Translations under genes and position numbers: made by a program | IMG/VR virus record: IMGVR_UViG_2534681662_000012 | DNA length: 6,205 nucleotides | From: a virus | Taxonomy: Duplodnaviria > Heunggongvirae > Uroviricota > Caudoviricetes | Direction: 5' to 3' (one strand) | The notes under the pieces: generated by a model | What the model was told of the DNA's origin: nothing | Database searches by the model: none | What the model saw: only the letters and a program-made list of their open reading frames with translations | Shown: positions 5,890 through 6,205 of the stretch, in pieces | How the letters are laid out: each line of letters opens with the position of its first letter | Position numbering within the stretch: the stretch's first letter is position 1

Positions 5890-5912
5890 GGTGATGCTGC
5901 CAACTTACTGAT
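5890..5912 (+). repeat. IS1 left terminal inverted repeat (about 23 bp)
   Basis: GGTGATGCTGCCAACTTACTGAT at 5890-5912 matches the IS1 terminal inverted repeat as I recall it. The other end and the target-site duplication lie outside the window. Confidence 0.85.
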
Positions 5913-5944
5913 TTAGTGTATGATGGTGTTTTTGAGGTGCTCCA

Positions 5945-6205
5945 GTGGCTTCTGTTTCTATCAGCTGTCCCTCCTGTTCAGCTACTGACGGGGTGGTGCG
6001 TAACGGCAAAAGCACTGCCGGACATCAGCGCTATCTCTGCTCTCACTGCCGTAAAACATGGCAACTGCAGTTCACTTACACCGCTTCTCAACCCGGTACG
6101 CACCAGAAAATCATTGATATGGCCATGAATGGCGTTGGATGCCGGGCAACAGCCCGCATTATGGGCGTTGGCCTCAACACGATTTTACGTCACTTAAAAA
6201 ACTCA
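5945..6205 (+). CDS. insA: IS1 InsA (N-terminal 87 codons; truncated by the window end)
   Basis: Hand translation from GTG at 5945 gives [87 protein letters not shown] with no stop before 6205, matching IS1 InsA (zinc-finger plus HTH). Not in the ORF track, which shows a different-frame ORF at 5916..6128. Confidence 0.9.
   Translation, partial: MASVSISCPSCSATDGVVRNGKSTAGHQRYLCSHCRKTWQLQFTYTASQPGTHQKIIDMAMNGVGCRATARIMGVGLNTILRHLKNS

Larger units (their letters stand above)
5890..6205 (+). mobile_element. IS1 insertion sequence, left end (partial; continues past window end)
   Basis: From 5890 the sequence reads GGTGATGCTGCCAACTTACTGATTTAGTGTATGATGGTGTTTTTGAGGTGCTCCAGTGGCTTCTGTTTCTATCAGCTG..., which I recognise as the canonical IS1 terminus and insA leader. 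It continues into the InsA coding sequence through to the window end. Confidence 0.9.

Noticed and set aside
4470-5916. Plus-strand ORFs 4470..4685, 4568..4792, 5128..5319, 5274..5501, 5395..5685 and 5725..5916
   Set aside because: All are antisense to the initiator gene or the 173-aa ORF, lack SDs, and have low-complexity products. I read them as shadow ORFs.
5916-6128. Track ORF 5916..6128 (plus) inside IS1
   Set aside because: It is in the wrong frame. The InsA frame is the one starting at GTG 5945, which runs open to the window end and translates to the recognisable InsA sequence.

Overview
The window reads as a segment of a lambdoid (Qin/DLP12-type) prophage in an enterobacterial chromosome, with every backbone gene on the minus strand. 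From right to left: a partial IS1 at the right edge (5890-6205, insA on plus); a 173-aa early-region ORF; an O-like replication initiator with an internal iteron array (putative ori); a 140-aa ORF; an AT-rich inserted 'moron' carrying a single 495-aa P-loop NTPase (2117-3604); a HokD/RelF-type type I toxin gene with a downstream intrinsic terminator; then a translationally coupled chain of a rem-position small ORF, two overlapping Cys/His-rich ORFs that together resemble a split YdfU/DUF968 gene, and the 5' part of rusA running off the left edge. No tRNA, rRNA or CRISPR array was recognised. The most interesting element is the orphan AT-rich NTPase directly upstream of and co-oriented with hok, in the position that relBE occupies in the K-12 Qin prophage as I recall it; I read it as a candidate, uncharacterised phage-defence or abortive-infection module. 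All calls rest on reading the sequence and the ORF track by eye, with no database search, so family names are from memory of motifs.
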